A stretch of DNA of 64,000 nucleotides from an uncultured virus (IMG/VR IMGVR_UViG_2061766007_000075) (IMGVR_UViG_2061766007_000075:1-64000), one strand, 5' to 3'; numbered from the stretch's first letter, positions 25,424-35,319 are shown. Translations and numbers: made by a program. The notes: generated by a model from the sequence alone, not told the origin.

Positions 25424-26368
25424 ATGGGTAGGAGTTATAGTTTTGCTTATGATCCCATCGCGGCATTGCGGAATGCGCCGAGACTGATGGGTATGGAGTT
25501 GCGCGAGTGCGGAGTGAACAAACTCTGCGGGGGGTACTACCTCAACGGGGATATGCACCCTTGGAGGCGCGACAAACTGAAGGTATTTATCAGTCATGGC
25601 AGTGTATGGTGCGCTGAGGAGGGCGGTCGATGCGTGAGCCTCCCGCAGTGGTTGGTCGAGTTCGGTCACTGCGCGGACTTCAAGGAGGCGCTGAGTGTGA
25701 TAAAGGGGCAGAGCCAAGCGATTGATTGGAGCGAGCGGAAGGTTCGGCTGACAGAGAGCGTGGTGAAGTATGTCCCGAAGGATGTGCTGATAGGGGCGAA
25801 GGGGTACGAGCTGAGCGGGAATACCCTTTTTGCTTGGTTCTGCACGATGTTCCCCGAGGATAAGGTGCGTGAGGCGTTTGATAGGTATAACGTGACGGTT
25901 GACGCGAAGGGATTGACGGTCTTTTGGTCGGTGGATCAGAACGGAAGGGTACTGCACGATAAGAGGATGCGGTTCTTCAACAACGGGCATCGTGATAAGG
26001 ATTTCGGCGGCACGCGAGAGTACAAGACTGCAGACGGCTACTCGGCTCGGTGTTTCTTCGGGGCGCACTTGATTGGAGACGCGACGGAGATACTTGTGGT
26101 GGAGTCGGAGCGTACGGCGCTGATGCTGTACCTCGTCACGGGGAAGGTCGCGGTCGCTACGGCGGGAAAGAACAACCTCCGCGAGAAGGACGAGAGGTTT
26201 GTCTGCTACCCCGACAAGGATGCCTTCGAGGAATGGGAGGCGACGGGGAACAAGTGCGTCCGTTGGTTTGATGAATGGGAACTGCCGTTTCGGGACCAGC
26301 CGCCTACGGCGGACGTCTTGGACATGATTGAATGGCGTTATAGGGCTGGTTACGGGCTGTATCTTTGA
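25424..26368 (+). CDS. Toprim-domain primase-like protein (DUF6371-like)
   Basis: CFFGAHL, ILVVESERTAL, ATAG, YPDKD motifs. Confidence 0.7.
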   Translation: MGRSYSFAYDPIAALRNAPRLMGMELRECGVNKLCGGYYLNGDMHPWRRDKLKVFISHGSVWCAEEGGRCVSLPQWLVEFGHCADFKEALSVIKGQSQAIDWSERKVRLTESVVKYVPKDVLIGAKGYELSGNTLFAWFCTMFPEDKVREAFDRYNVTVDAKGLTVFWSVDQNGRVLHDKRMRFFNNGHRDKDFGGTREYKTADGYSARCFFGAHLIGDATEILVVESERTALMLYLVTGKVAVATAGKNNLREKDERFVCYPDKDAFEEWEATGNKCVRWFDEWELPFRDQPPTADVLDMIEWRYRAGYGLYL

Positions 26369-26399
26369 TTTGGAACGGAATTTGCTTGTCGAGCGAGTT

Positions 26400-26822
26400 A
26401 TGTGTATTTGGAATTGTGCATCGGCTGAGCGCCACTGTGATTACTGCTGTTATTATGGCGGTTGTGAGGAGCGTCCCGAGTGGGACGATTCGCGGGTGCC
26501 GAAGAAGGTCTTTGAAGGATACTACCGTGCCGCTTGCGAGATAGCCCAAGGGGATGTACTTGCAAGGAGTCGCCTCTTCTCGCGTGTTTGGGGGCGGTTT
26601 TTCATTGCCTATAAGTTGCGGGAGCAAGGATATACGGTCACAGCGGTGGCCAACGCGATTAGGAAGCATCACGCGACGGTCATTTTCGGCGTACGGCAAG
26701 TGGAAAGTATGCTTCGGATGCCGAATATATATATAAAGGAGACAAAACTTTGGAATAAATTTGAAAAATGTTTAAAAAGATTCGGAAATGGTGGCTCTTC
26801 CATGTCGTCAATCACAAGGTGA
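26400..26822 (+). CDS. Cys-rich N-terminus plus DnaA C-terminal-like HTH protein
   Basis: C..C....HCDYCC...C; GYTVTAVANAIRKHHATVIFGVRQV. Confidence 0.6.
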   Translation: MCIWNCASAERHCDYCCYYGGCEERPEWDDSRVPKKVFEGYYRAACEIAQGDVLARSRLFSRVWGRFFIAYKLREQGYTVTAVANAIRKHHATVIFGVRQVESMLRMPNIYIKETKLWNKFEKCLKRFGNGGSSMSSITR

Positions 26823-27235
26823 GAGAGGGCGAAAAGGGCGGTTTTAAGTGGTGTTTTCGTCGTTTTTGGCTCGAAATATCGACTCAGAGCGGCAATTTCG
26901 TTGCGCGGTTCACTGCTGCGGAGCATCCGTACGGGTATTTGGCTGCGGGTGAGACGGACGAGAACATCCACGGCTTTGCGCAGATACTGTACGAAGTAGG
27001 TATGTTGCTGACGACCGACCAAGGCTTCGCGAACGATATCGGCAAGGCGATTAACAAGTATCAGAAGCGTCTTGAGAAGGCTGCGGAAGTAGTCGAGGAC
27101 GAGACAGAGGAGAAAATCGCCGTTGAGGAGGTGAAGGCGGTGACGCAAGTGTCGCAGATGCCGAAGAGGTACCGCAAGAAGAACGACCGCAAGGTGGACA
27201 AGAGGCTTAAGAAGGCAGTTAAAAAGGCGGAGTAA
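26768..27235 (+). CDS. Hypothetical protein
   Basis: 155-aa ORF with basic tail. Confidence 0.7.
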   Translation: MFKKIRKWWLFHVVNHKVREGEKGGFKWCFRRFWLEISTQSGNFVARFTAAEHPYGYLAAGETDENIHGFAQILYEVGMLLTTDQGFANDIGKAINKYQKRLEKAAEVVEDETEEKIAVEEVKAVTQVSQMPKRYRKKNDRKVDKRLKKAVKKAE

Positions 27236-27236
27236 G

Positions 27237-27470
27237 ATGGAAGAGCAGAGTAATGCGGTAGAGCGAGTGCTTGCTCATGTAGACGGCCTTTTGGAGCTAC
27301 AGCGGAAGATTGATGAGTACGAGAGGTTTCTTGGAGACCTTACGGTGATGCTGATGTGCCCCGAGAAAGAGCACAGATGTATACAACACAATGTCGAGCT
27401 TGGGGACTTCATCTGGCGCAAGGTCGAGGAACTGATTAAGGAGAACCGCGAACTGAAGAAGAAAGGATGA
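27237..27470 (+). CDS. Hypothetical protein
   Basis: Coupled ORF. Confidence 0.7.
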   Translation: MEEQSNAVERVLAHVDGLLELQRKIDEYERFLGDLTVMLMCPEKEHRCIQHNVELGDFIWRKVEELIKENRELKKKG

Positions 27471-28429
27471 CCTTACGAGAATTGCAAGAGAGGCAGTCGT
27501 GGAGTCTTCAGCAGAAGATTGACCACTCGCTTTACACGATTGAGAATTTCCTCGCAGGTGTTGACGGCATGGCTTATGTGGCGTTCAGCGGAGGGAAGGA
27601 CTCGACGGTGTTGCTTGACCTTGTGAGGGTTGTCGACAAGGATGTCCCCGCAGTGTTTTGCAACACGGGGAACGAGTGGCCAGAGATCGTGCAGTTCGTC
27701 CGCTCCTTGAAGGCGACGGAGGGCTATAACATCGTCGAGGTTCATCCGAAGAAGACTTGCCGCGAGTATTGGGCGCAGTTCGGCTTCCCGCTTATAAGCA
27801 AAGAGACTGCGAACAAGTTGAGTTATATGAAGAGGAGCCCCGATACTCAGACGGCGAAGGTGGCGATGTCGGAAGACTCGTTTTATAAGTGCCCGAAGAG
27901 GTGGCGATTCCTTGCCGAGCAAGAATTCTTCTGCTCGGCGCGATGCTGTGGGGCTCTGAAGCATAACCCATCGGAGATTTACGAGAGGAAGACGGGGCGT
28001 CATCCTATTACGGGCACCATGGCCGAGGAATCTCTGACCCGACAGCGTGCTTACTTGAAAAAAGGAGGATGTAATGTCTTCGGTTCGAGGGCAGAGAGCA
28101 CGCCTCTTGCGATATGGACAGAGCGTGATATTTGGGATTATATTCGGTCGCGTGACTTGAAGGTCGCCGATATCTACTATAAGGGGGCGACTCGGACGAG
28201 GTGCGTCGGTTGTGGCTTCGGAGCCCATCTCGCGGATGACCATCGTTTTGACCTTTTGTATAAGCTCTATCCGAAGTATTATAAGATGATAATGGATTAC
28301 GAGAATAACGGCGTCAAATACCGTGACGCCATAAGGCTCATTTTTAAAAAAGAAGGAAAAAAACTGCCCGACGACCCGAAAGACAACATTCCCGATTGGG
28401 CACGGCACCCTTTTTGCAAGAAACCCTAA
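27467..28429 (+). CDS. PAPS reductase-family (PP-loop, Fe-S) protein
   Basis: AFSGGKDSTV, NTGNEWPE, CCGALK, PLAIWT, RTRCVGCGF. Confidence 0.88.
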   Translation: MTLRELQERQSWSLQQKIDHSLYTIENFLAGVDGMAYVAFSGGKDSTVLLDLVRVVDKDVPAVFCNTGNEWPEIVQFVRSLKATEGYNIVEVHPKKTCREYWAQFGFPLISKETANKLSYMKRSPDTQTAKVAMSEDSFYKCPKRWRFLAEQEFFCSARCCGALKHNPSEIYERKTGRHPITGTMAEESLTRQRAYLKKGGCNVFGSRAESTPLAIWTERDIWDYIRSRDLKVADIYYKGATRTRCVGCGFGAHLADDHRFDLLYKLYPKYYKMIMDYENNGVKYRDAIRLIFKKEGKKLPDDPKDNIPDWARHPFCKKP

Positions 28430-28443
28430 AAATTTGATTTTAT

Positions 28444-28992
28444 ATGGAAGACCAAAGAAACATTCATTACCGCAAAGGTGGGAAACTGACTCACTGCGGT
28501 GTCGAGTGCTTGCCCGATGGCAAGGACATCGAACGGATTATCATCGCTCGGATTGAGTACAAGGAGACCGAGATGATTAACGGGAGGCAGGAGAGTGGTG
28601 TTTGGCTCGCGCATTTCGCTCCGAACCCCTACACTGACTTACCGATGATACTGAACGCGACGAACAGGAAGAGGCTCGTGAAGCAGTTCCCCGAGTGCGG
28701 CGGATACCCTGCGAGGCTCGAGAATGTCGCGGTGAGGCTGACGAAGGAGCTGACTCGTGATGTGCAGGACGGAGGGGACACGTGGGGCTTGCGAATCAGC
28801 AAGATTCCCGCTGCAGCAGCGGCGACGACAGCGAAGAAGATCATCACGAAGGACAAGATTGACCTCGTGATTGACTGGGCGAAGAAGAACGGTCTTGGCA
28901 TCGACGCGATTAGGGAGAAGTACATCTTCTCGGGCGAGGAGGTTGAGAACGCCGTTATTGATGGTATAACAAATGATGATTTGCCGCAATGA
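28444..28992 (+). CDS. Hypothetical protein, possible ssDNA-binding/annealing partner of the YqaJ nuclease
   Basis: PMILNATNRKRL motif; position upstream of the exonuclease. Confidence 0.5.
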   Translation: MEDQRNIHYRKGGKLTHCGVECLPDGKDIERIIIARIEYKETEMINGRQESGVWLAHFAPNPYTDLPMILNATNRKRLVKQFPECGGYPARLENVAVRLTKELTRDVQDGGDTWGLRISKIPAAAAATTAKKIITKDKIDLVIDWAKKNGLGIDAIREKYIFSGEEVENAVIDGITNDDLPQ

Positions 28993-29171
28993 AACTGACT
29001 GAAGAAGAGAAACGGAGCGTGTGGGTGAAGTTCGCTTGCGCACTGCTGAGCAACCCGACTATCGCGGATGGAAAGATTTTTAACGTAGAAGGGATAGTCG
29101 ACGTCTGCTGTGACTTGGCTGACGAGATGGTTAAAAACTTTGAAGCCACCTTTGTATACGACGATGAATAA
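28989..29171 (+). CDS. Small hypothetical protein
   Basis: Coupled ORF. Confidence 0.65.
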   Translation: MKLTEEEKRSVWVKFACALLSNPTIADGKIFNVEGIVDVCCDLADEMVKNFEATFVYDDE

Positions 29172-29901
29172 GGAACAAAAATGGAAGAAGCAGAGGCTCG
29201 GTAACATCACTGCCTCTGAGCTGTCGAATCTCACGAGTGCTTCGGGTAAGATTATCGACGGGAATATCGATTATATCCGTTCGAAGCGCTTTGAGCGCAA
29301 CCACGGATTCTCCCTCCCTGTAACATCGAAGGCAATGGAGGCGGGACATGAGGGAGAGCCGTATGCCGTGGCATGGTATCGCGAGAATTATGCTTCCCCC
29401 GAGATTATTTACTCGCAAGAACTGCCCGAAATCCCCGTCTGGATGAATCCCGACGTGCCGAACTTCGGCGCAAGCCCCGATGCTTTTACCGAGGACGAGC
29501 GTATCGAGATGGAGATCAAATGCACCATCGGGAACAGCACGATTGAGTTTTTCTTTGACCCCGCCACCGCATACGAGGAAAAGAAGGCTCGCGTATGGAA
29601 GGAGCACGGACCGCAGATGCTTGGTCAGTTTGTCTCGAACCCGCGTTTGGAGAAGATATGGCTTCTGAAATACTGCCCTGCGAACGACCTTATCGACGAT
29701 GACCTCGATTCTCCTCTTGCGCCGTGGCGTGGAGTAATATTTGAATTTGAGAGAAAGAACTTTGAGGCATCGATTGCAGAGATGGCTGAGCGGATCAATC
29801 TCTTCAACGCGATGATTGCTTCGGATATCAACCCTTCGCAGTTTAAGGAGGGGAAGTGGTATTTGACGAGCAATGGCGAACTTAAGAAAAAGGACAAATG
29901 A
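29164..29901 (+). CDS. YqaJ/lambda-exonuclease family nuclease
   Basis: W...RLGNITAS, AMEAGHEGEP, GASPDA, EIKC. Confidence 0.88.
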   Translation: MNKEQKWKKQRLGNITASELSNLTSASGKIIDGNIDYIRSKRFERNHGFSLPVTSKAMEAGHEGEPYAVAWYRENYASPEIIYSQELPEIPVWMNPDVPNFGASPDAFTEDERIEMEIKCTIGNSTIEFFFDPATAYEEKKARVWKEHGPQMLGQFVSNPRLEKIWLLKYCPANDLIDDDLDSPLAPWRGVIFEFERKNFEASIAEMAERINLFNAMIASDINPSQFKEGKWYLTSNGELKKKDK

Positions 29902-30061
29902 AAGAAATAATTGGCAATAGCGTCTATGTCGACGGCATAGAGAAAGTGAGGCTTATCGCGCTCAGAGGCGGCGTATATCATACCGAGCGGACAGCCGACT
30001 GCCTTGTCGGGGAGTGGCTTGATATCTTGCTTTGGCTTCGCGAGAACGATTATCCTGCGGT

Positions 30062-30631
30062 ATGAGCGACCCTCTGAACAGAACGACAGCGAAGCACGCG
30101 CTCCGTTTTTTCGATGTCTGCTTTAAGCGCGGAGTCCTTGATGCTTGCGAATATGGTGACGATTTCGGTGCTCGCGAGTTTGTTGAAAAGCACTCGCGAG
30201 CATGGGATTTCGGTGTTTTGGGTGAACCCGATGACTTTGATTGGAGGATGTGGCGTTTCATCCTTTACCGCTGGGCGCGCCAAGCGAACGGTCTCGGTAA
30301 ATTCGCCGAGTCGTATATCTACCAAGTGACCAAGAAGAACTACTTGTGGTACCTCCTCCCCTACTGTATGCGCTTTTACATGATGGGCATAAAGGAGTGG
30401 ATGGATTACCCCAATAGGAGCGGTATTGAGCGGTTCAAGATGACGACGGCGGTGCATTGGAACCCCGAGGCGTCGAAGATTCGCAGGATGTCGCGATCGG
30501 ATTACATTTGGCAGATGCAAGAGTTTGCGTATCAGTTCCGCCGCGCGACCGAGGCGACTGAATATCTCAGCCAAGAGGCGATGGACGATTACTGCAAGGC
30601 GATACATAAACTGACGAAGAGTTATGCCTAA
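30062..30631 (+). CDS. Hypothetical protein
   Basis: Start reassigned to ATG 30062. Confidence 0.7.
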   Translation: MSDPLNRTTAKHALRFFDVCFKRGVLDACEYGDDFGAREFVEKHSRAWDFGVLGEPDDFDWRMWRFILYRWARQANGLGKFAESYIYQVTKKNYLWYLLPYCMRFYMMGIKEWMDYPNRSGIERFKMTTAVHWNPEASKIRRMSRSDYIWQMQEFAYQFRRATEATEYLSQEAMDDYCKAIHKLTKSYA

Positions 30632-30980
30632 GATTTTCCGCGCGCCGCACGAGTTACCTTCACCACTGCGGTACGACTATATCCTTTTGCCCTACGGCGT
30701 TTACTATAAGAAGACCGCAGAGTTCCTTGACGCGAAGGCGAGCGACACATTGCGTTTTTTTAACGGCCCCGATGTGCCGATAGTGTCGGTGCAGTTGGTT
30801 GAGCAACGCTCGGTCGTCGATGCGCTTTGCCTTATGCGGTACGGAGTGCCTTGGATGGCGGCTTTCCGCAAGTGGCTGTCTTATGCGAGGATGGAGGGCA
30901 ACGGAAGGGATATCTTGGATAAGGACAAGTGTATAATGGTTGTTTATGGCAGCACGGAGACTGCAAGCGAAGTACGCTGA
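30624..30980 (+). CDS. Hypothetical protein
   Basis: Coupled ORF. Confidence 0.7.
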   Translation: MPKIFRAPHELPSPLRYDYILLPYGVYYKKTAEFLDAKASDTLRFFNGPDVPIVSVQLVEQRSVVDALCLMRYGVPWMAAFRKWLSYARMEGNGRDILDKDKCIMVVYGSTETASEVR

Positions 30981-31236
30981 GCGTATCTTATGTCCGCGTA
31001 GCGCCCTCGGAGAAGTGGGGACAGGGGATTTAAACTTAATTACCGCCGATGGCGTTGAATGCGCTGTCCGCTTCTTAGGGACATGGAACAATGCCGAGGG
31101 GCGATTCAACGACGACCTTGAGATGGTCTGCCAAAACCAACTTGGCATAGGATTTGATACAGTTAGGTCGATATGGATATCTCGGCTTAATGGGATGTCC
31201 GATATTTGGGATATGATTGAACTTAAAAAACTATAG
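30940..31236 (+). CDS. Hypothetical protein
   Basis: Operon ORF. Confidence 0.6.
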   Translation: MFMAARRLQAKYAERILCPRSALGEVGTGDLNLITADGVECAVRFLGTWNNAEGRFNDDLEMVCQNQLGIGFDTVRSIWISRLNGMSDIWDMIELKKL

Positions 31237-31238
31237 TA

Positions 31239-31619
31239 ATGAGAACAGAAGACTTATTTAGGTATGGTGTTACTCCCAAGGAGGGGAAGAACGCTGGCAG
31301 GAGATACCGCGTGGTATCCATTAACGAGAAAGGATTGGTTCTGAGGGAATGGGACAATGAGACCTTCGGCCCTGACTTAAAACATGGCGAGTACCAACTG
31401 TGGGAGCCCGAGCACACGCTGTTTGACAGTGGTGATATTGCTCCGACATGGGGCAACCTCAAGAAAGCAATGGAGGCGGCAAAGGTGAGCGACGACACGG
31501 AATTTGTCGTTATGCCCGACGATTTCGGTCTATTTGGCATCTGTGAGCCCGCGCATTTCAGTGTGAGAACGCTTAGGGTTGTCTACGAGAAGCCGAAGAA
31601 GTGCATATTAGTTCAGTGA
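31239..31619 (+). CDS. Hypothetical protein
   Basis: Operon ORF. Confidence 0.7.
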   Translation: MRTEDLFRYGVTPKEGKNAGRRYRVVSINEKGLVLREWDNETFGPDLKHGEYQLWEPEHTLFDSGDIAPTWGNLKKAMEAAKVSDDTEFVVMPDDFGLFGICEPAHFSVRTLRVVYEKPKKCILVQ

Positions 31620-33115
31620 TTCAACTTCGAGGATATCAAGACGACTTGCTTCGCGAAGCTCGCAAGGCTCTCGCGAGGCATCGCCACATTATTGTGCAGT
31701 CCCCCACGGGCAGCGGCAAGGGCGTCCTTATAGGCTCAATGGCGAGTCAAAGCAAGTACCCCGTACTTATCCTTGCCCATAGCGAAGAGATTCTGAAGCA
31801 GGACGCTGGACACGCAAGGAAATGGGGCGCGGATGTTGCTGAGGTGTTCGCCAAGACGCGGAAGCGTCCCGAAGAGAAGTGCTGTTGTATGATGGCACAG
31901 ACGTTGCGACAGCGCTTGAAGAAGCAAGAGTGGGCAGAGTGGTTTAACGGCTTCGGCTTTTTCATTATAGACGAGTGTCATAGGTCCGAATTCGACTTCG
32001 TGTTTGAGCATCCGTCAATGCGGAAGAAATTCGTGGTAGGGTTGTCGGCTTCTCCCGCGCGTTATGGGCAGATGCGGCAGCTCGGGATGGATTACGATGA
32101 GGTCGTTACGGGTCCGCAAGTCTCAGAACTTGTCCGCGACGGGTATCTCTGCCGATGCAAGTTGTACTCGCTTGATGCGCCTTCGTTGGAGGATGTCGAG
32201 TGGTCTTACGGTCGCGGCGATTACAACCTCGGGCAGATGGCATCCAAATTTAAGTCTAAGGCCCGCTATGTGGGCGCCGTTGAGAACTACCAGAGGGTCT
32301 GCCCCGGCGAGAAGGCTCTGGTGTTCTGTTGCTCTTCTGAGCAGACCATACAGTTGACGAAAGCGTTCTGTGATGCGGGGATCGACGCTCGGTACTGCCT
32401 CTCGGGGGACTTCGATGAGGATGAGGAGTACAGTGGCGAGCGAAAGTCGGTGGTCGAAGCCTTTGCAAGAGGCGAATTCCCCGTCTTGGTTAACTTTGGC
32501 TTGTTCACGACGGGCATTGACATCCCCGACATAAAGGTTGTGATGCTGATGTTCTCCACCACTTCCCTCGTGAAGTACCTTCAGTGCTTAGGTAGGGCGT
32601 CGCGAGTCGCCGTGGGTAAGAATAACGAGTTTATTTGCCTCGATTTCGGGCTAAATTTCGAGCGATTGGGGAGGTACGAGGACTATCGGACTTGGGGTGT
32701 TTGGCACAACTCAAGCGCGGGCGGTGGAGTACCTCCTGTCAAGGAGTGCCCTCAGTGTCACCGCTTGGTTCCCGTGTCGTGGACGGATTGCAAGTTCTGC
32801 GGCTACCATTGGCCGTCTCAACAAGAGGTGTATCAGACGGAATTGCACGAGATTGTCGCCCAAGAGACAGAAGAGGAGACCTTGGAGCAGTATGTCGCGA
32901 AGAAAAAACTTGAGGGGTGGTCGAACAATCGCATCCTTGTCGCGGTGTGTATCAAGAATGCCGACAATCAGAAGGAAGCGTTTATGCGGGCTATTGAGGT
33001 GCTTAGAACCAAGCACGGAGCAACCCTCTCCCCGAAGTATTGGTTTTTCTTTAAGAAAGAAATACTGAGCAAGGTAAAGATGAAAAAGGAAGATAACGAA
33101 CCGAGATTGTTATAA
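31601..33115 (+). CDS. SF2 DExH helicase with zinc ribbon
   Basis: LRGYQ, SPTGSGKG, IIDECH, SASP, TGIDIP, QCLGRASR, CPQC...CKFC. Confidence 0.93.
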   Translation: MHISSVIQLRGYQDDLLREARKALARHRHIIVQSPTGSGKGVLIGSMASQSKYPVLILAHSEEILKQDAGHARKWGADVAEVFAKTRKRPEEKCCCMMAQTLRQRLKKQEWAEWFNGFGFFIIDECHRSEFDFVFEHPSMRKKFVVGLSASPARYGQMRQLGMDYDEVVTGPQVSELVRDGYLCRCKLYSLDAPSLEDVEWSYGRGDYNLGQMASKFKSKARYVGAVENYQRVCPGEKALVFCCSSEQTIQLTKAFCDAGIDARYCLSGDFDEDEEYSGERKSVVEAFARGEFPVLVNFGLFTTGIDIPDIKVVMLMFSTTSLVKYLQCLGRASRVAVGKNNEFICLDFGLNFERLGRYEDYRTWGVWHNSSAGGGVPPVKECPQCHRLVPVSWTDCKFCGYHWPSQQEVYQTELHEIVAQETEEETLEQYVAKKKLEGWSNNRILVAVCIKNADNQKEAFMRAIEVLRTKHGATLSPKYWFFFKKEILSKVKMKKEDNEPRLL

Positions 33116-33116
33116 G

Positions 33117-33635
33117 ATGAATACAAGTTTTGAAAGGACAACCGCGTCCGATGAGTGGTGGACTCCGAAATGGATTGTAGATGCCCTTGGGCACTTTGAT
33201 TTAGACCCTTGCGAGCCTGTCGCGCCAAGATATAAACTAGCGGATATGGGCTATACAAAGGAGGATGACGGACTTTCCCGACCGTGGTTCGGGCGAGTGT
33301 GGTGTAATCCTCCCTACAGCCAACCGCTGTTAGATCAGTTTTGCAGAAAAATGGCGGAACACCGAGACGGTATTATCTTGGTTTTCGCGCGGATGGGGAA
33401 TAAGACAATTCAGAATATCCTACTTCCCAATGCTGATGCCATTTTGTTCTTGAGGCACCGTATTCGTTTTGTTTCTCCCAATGGGGAGAAGGGTAGTGCG
33501 GGGTGCGATTCGTGTCTTATTGCCTTTGGGGAAAACAATGTGAGGGCACTTGCCCATAGCGGACTTGACGGTTTTCTGATGGTAAGATACGGGGAATGGG
33601 GTAACGTATTCTCCAAACAAGTTATGACTTTTTGA
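33117..33635 (+). CDS. Phage DNA N6-adenine methyltransferase (Dam-like)
   Basis: DEWWTP, FDLDPC, DGL, WCNPPYS, RIRF. Confidence 0.9.
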   Translation: MNTSFERTTASDEWWTPKWIVDALGHFDLDPCEPVAPRYKLADMGYTKEDDGLSRPWFGRVWCNPPYSQPLLDQFCRKMAEHRDGIILVFARMGNKTIQNILLPNADAILFLRHRIRFVSPNGEKGSAGCDSCLIAFGENNVRALAHSGLDGFLMVRYGEWGNVFSKQVMTF

Positions 33636-33644
33636 GTATGGGAT

Positions 33645-33848
33645 ATGGAGGCATCTAAGGAGAAGATTCGGGAATTATGGGATTCCGACCTTACTGCACT
33701 TGTCGTGCCGCCCGACCCGCGTCGGTATTTATACTTGAGTTTTGATGTGAGCGATGAAGATGCCGCGACAGTAGAGGTCGAGCACAAGGATTATGACCTT
33801 GAGTATTACGAGAAGAAGTTGAACGAATTCCCGGAGATAAAGATATGA
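33645..33848 (+). CDS. Hypothetical protein
   Basis: Operon ORF. Confidence 0.6.
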   Translation: MEASKEKIRELWDSDLTALVVPPDPRRYLYLSFDVSDEDAATVEVEHKDYDLEYYEKKLNEFPEIKI

Positions 33849-33894
33849 AATCAGTAATCTACGAGTTTGCCCGAGCAAATGAAAGGAGTAAAAA

Positions 33895-34128
33895 TTGAGT
33901 AATATGAAACAAGAAACTAAATCAATGATTATCGTATGTGATGGATGCGGAGAGCACTTCCACGATGGAAATGACTTCTGCTCTTACATTGACGATGAGA
34001 ACGGAGAACTTATTGAGCAGTCCGCTCTTGATAGCGAATGGAAGAAATTCGGGGACAAGCACTATTGCCCAGATTGCTATGAACTTGATGATAAAGACCA
34101 TTATCACACCAAAGACGGAATGGTCTAG
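33895..34128 (+). CDS. Small zinc-ribbon protein
   Basis: CDGC...HYCPDC. Confidence 0.7.
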   Translation: MSNMKQETKSMIIVCDGCGEHFHDGNDFCSYIDDENGELIEQSALDSEWKKFGDKHYCPDCYELDDKDHYHTKDGMV

Positions 34129-34154
34129 GATTCAGAAACCGAAAAAGAGGTAAT

Positions 34155-34349
34155 ATGAAACCAGGAGACGAGGTATGGTTCTTTTACGCCGCAACGCAAG
34201 CGATCATGGCGGCACTTGCGCAGGAAGTTATAGAATATCCAAGCGGAAGTGTTTGGATTGTAACGGAATTAGAGTGCGGGATACTGAATCGTGACATCTT
34301 CCCCACCCGCGAGGCGCTGTGCGAGCATTACAGGAAGATATTTGAGTGA
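34155..34349 (+). CDS. Hypothetical protein
   Basis: MKPGDEVWF...IFPTREALC. Confidence 0.65.
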   Translation: MKPGDEVWFFYAATQAIMAALAQEVIEYPSGSVWIVTELECGILNRDIFPTREALCEHYRKIFE

Positions 34350-34350
34350 T

Positions 34351-34566
34351 ATGCAGATAGCAATCGAGAAAAAATACATTGGCTTGACGGATCACGACCA
34401 CCAAGAAGCGCTCGAATGGTGTAAGGCTTGCCTCCAGAAGCGAATAGACCAAGACAAACTCAATGATCAGGTCGACTGGAATGACCTTGTCGTCAAAGAT
34501 GAAAAAGTTAACGAATATGGATGGTACATAATGGAGTGCCGCCTTCCGCTTAAAGAATTGTTTTGA
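34351..34566 (+). CDS. Hypothetical protein
   Basis: Start reassigned to ATG 34351. Confidence 0.6.
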   Translation: MQIAIEKKYIGLTDHDHQEALEWCKACLQKRIDQDKLNDQVDWNDLVVKDEKVNEYGWYIMECRLPLKELF

Positions 34567-34567
34567 T

Positions 34568-34993
34568 ATGCAAGTTTTCGTACCATACCCTTCGCCGATA
34601 GATGTGGCGAGATGCCTTGACAAGAAGAGGCTAAATAAGCAAGAAATAGAATGCACTCAAATACTAAAAGCGAATAGCGGAGTTTCAAGCGCATGGAAGA
34701 ACCACCCTGCGTCTAAAATGTATCAGCCGTATGAACAGTGGCTTCTTTATTATCGCGCTTGCATTATTCGGCTCATCGACGGCAATCTCGACCTTGCCCA
34801 AATATGGAGTAATCGTGCCGATAGGATTCGCCCGCCCTTTCTCACCGAAGACTTCTGCGACCAGCACAAACGCCGTCTCTACACCAAAGCGCCCGACCTT
34901 TATCCGCAGTTCGCCGAGTACGGCAAAAGTGACGAAAATTGGTATTTTGTGGACGGTAGCATAGTAAAATATGTGAATGGAAAGAAAATTTGA
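34568..34993 (+). CDS. Pyrimidine-dimer DNA glycosylase-like protein (T4 endonuclease V superfamily)
   Basis: MQVFVPY...LDKKRLNKQEIECTQIL...WKNHPASKMY...PPFL...HKRRLYTKAPDLY. Confidence 0.8.
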   Translation: MQVFVPYPSPIDVARCLDKKRLNKQEIECTQILKANSGVSSAWKNHPASKMYQPYEQWLLYYRACIIRLIDGNLDLAQIWSNRADRIRPPFLTEDFCDQHKRRLYTKAPDLYPQFAEYGKSDENWYFVDGSIVKYVNGKKI

Positions 34994-34994
34994 T

Positions 34995-35002
34995 TATCTT
35001 TG
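34995..35002 (+). promoter_or_regulatory. -7 promoter box
   Basis: TATCTTTG 17 nt before ATG 35020. Confidence 0.55.
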
Positions 35003-35019
35003 CACAAAACGATACAGAC

Positions 35020-35319
35020 ATGAAATTTTATTTCCCTTATCCGTCTCCTTTCGAGACCGCGCAGTGCTTGTCTGAGATTGACCTTAATTCTCAGATCAAG
35101 GCGATATCTTCGCACAAGCCCTACAACGAATGGCTTGACAGATGCCGAATCTGTTTTGAATATTACGCCGAGGGCCGTATGGAACTTGCTCGCTGGTGGA
35201 GTAGTCATGCTGACATGGTGCGCCCGACCGACATTGACGAGAAATACTGCGCTGCCGACCGCGCCGCCTTGTATAAGAAGGCGCCGAAGCGTTACGAGAG
35301 GTTCAAGTCGGAAGAGTAA
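35020..35319 (+). CDS. Truncated paralogue of the preceding glycosylase-like gene
   Basis: Shares PYPSP...A.CL, PY..WL, LA..WS..AD..RP and LY.KAP..Y..F. Confidence 0.75.
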   Translation: MKFYFPYPSPFETAQCLSEIDLNSQIKAISSHKPYNEWLDRCRICFEYYAEGRMELARWWSSHADMVRPTDIDEKYCAADRAALYKKAPKRYERFKSEE

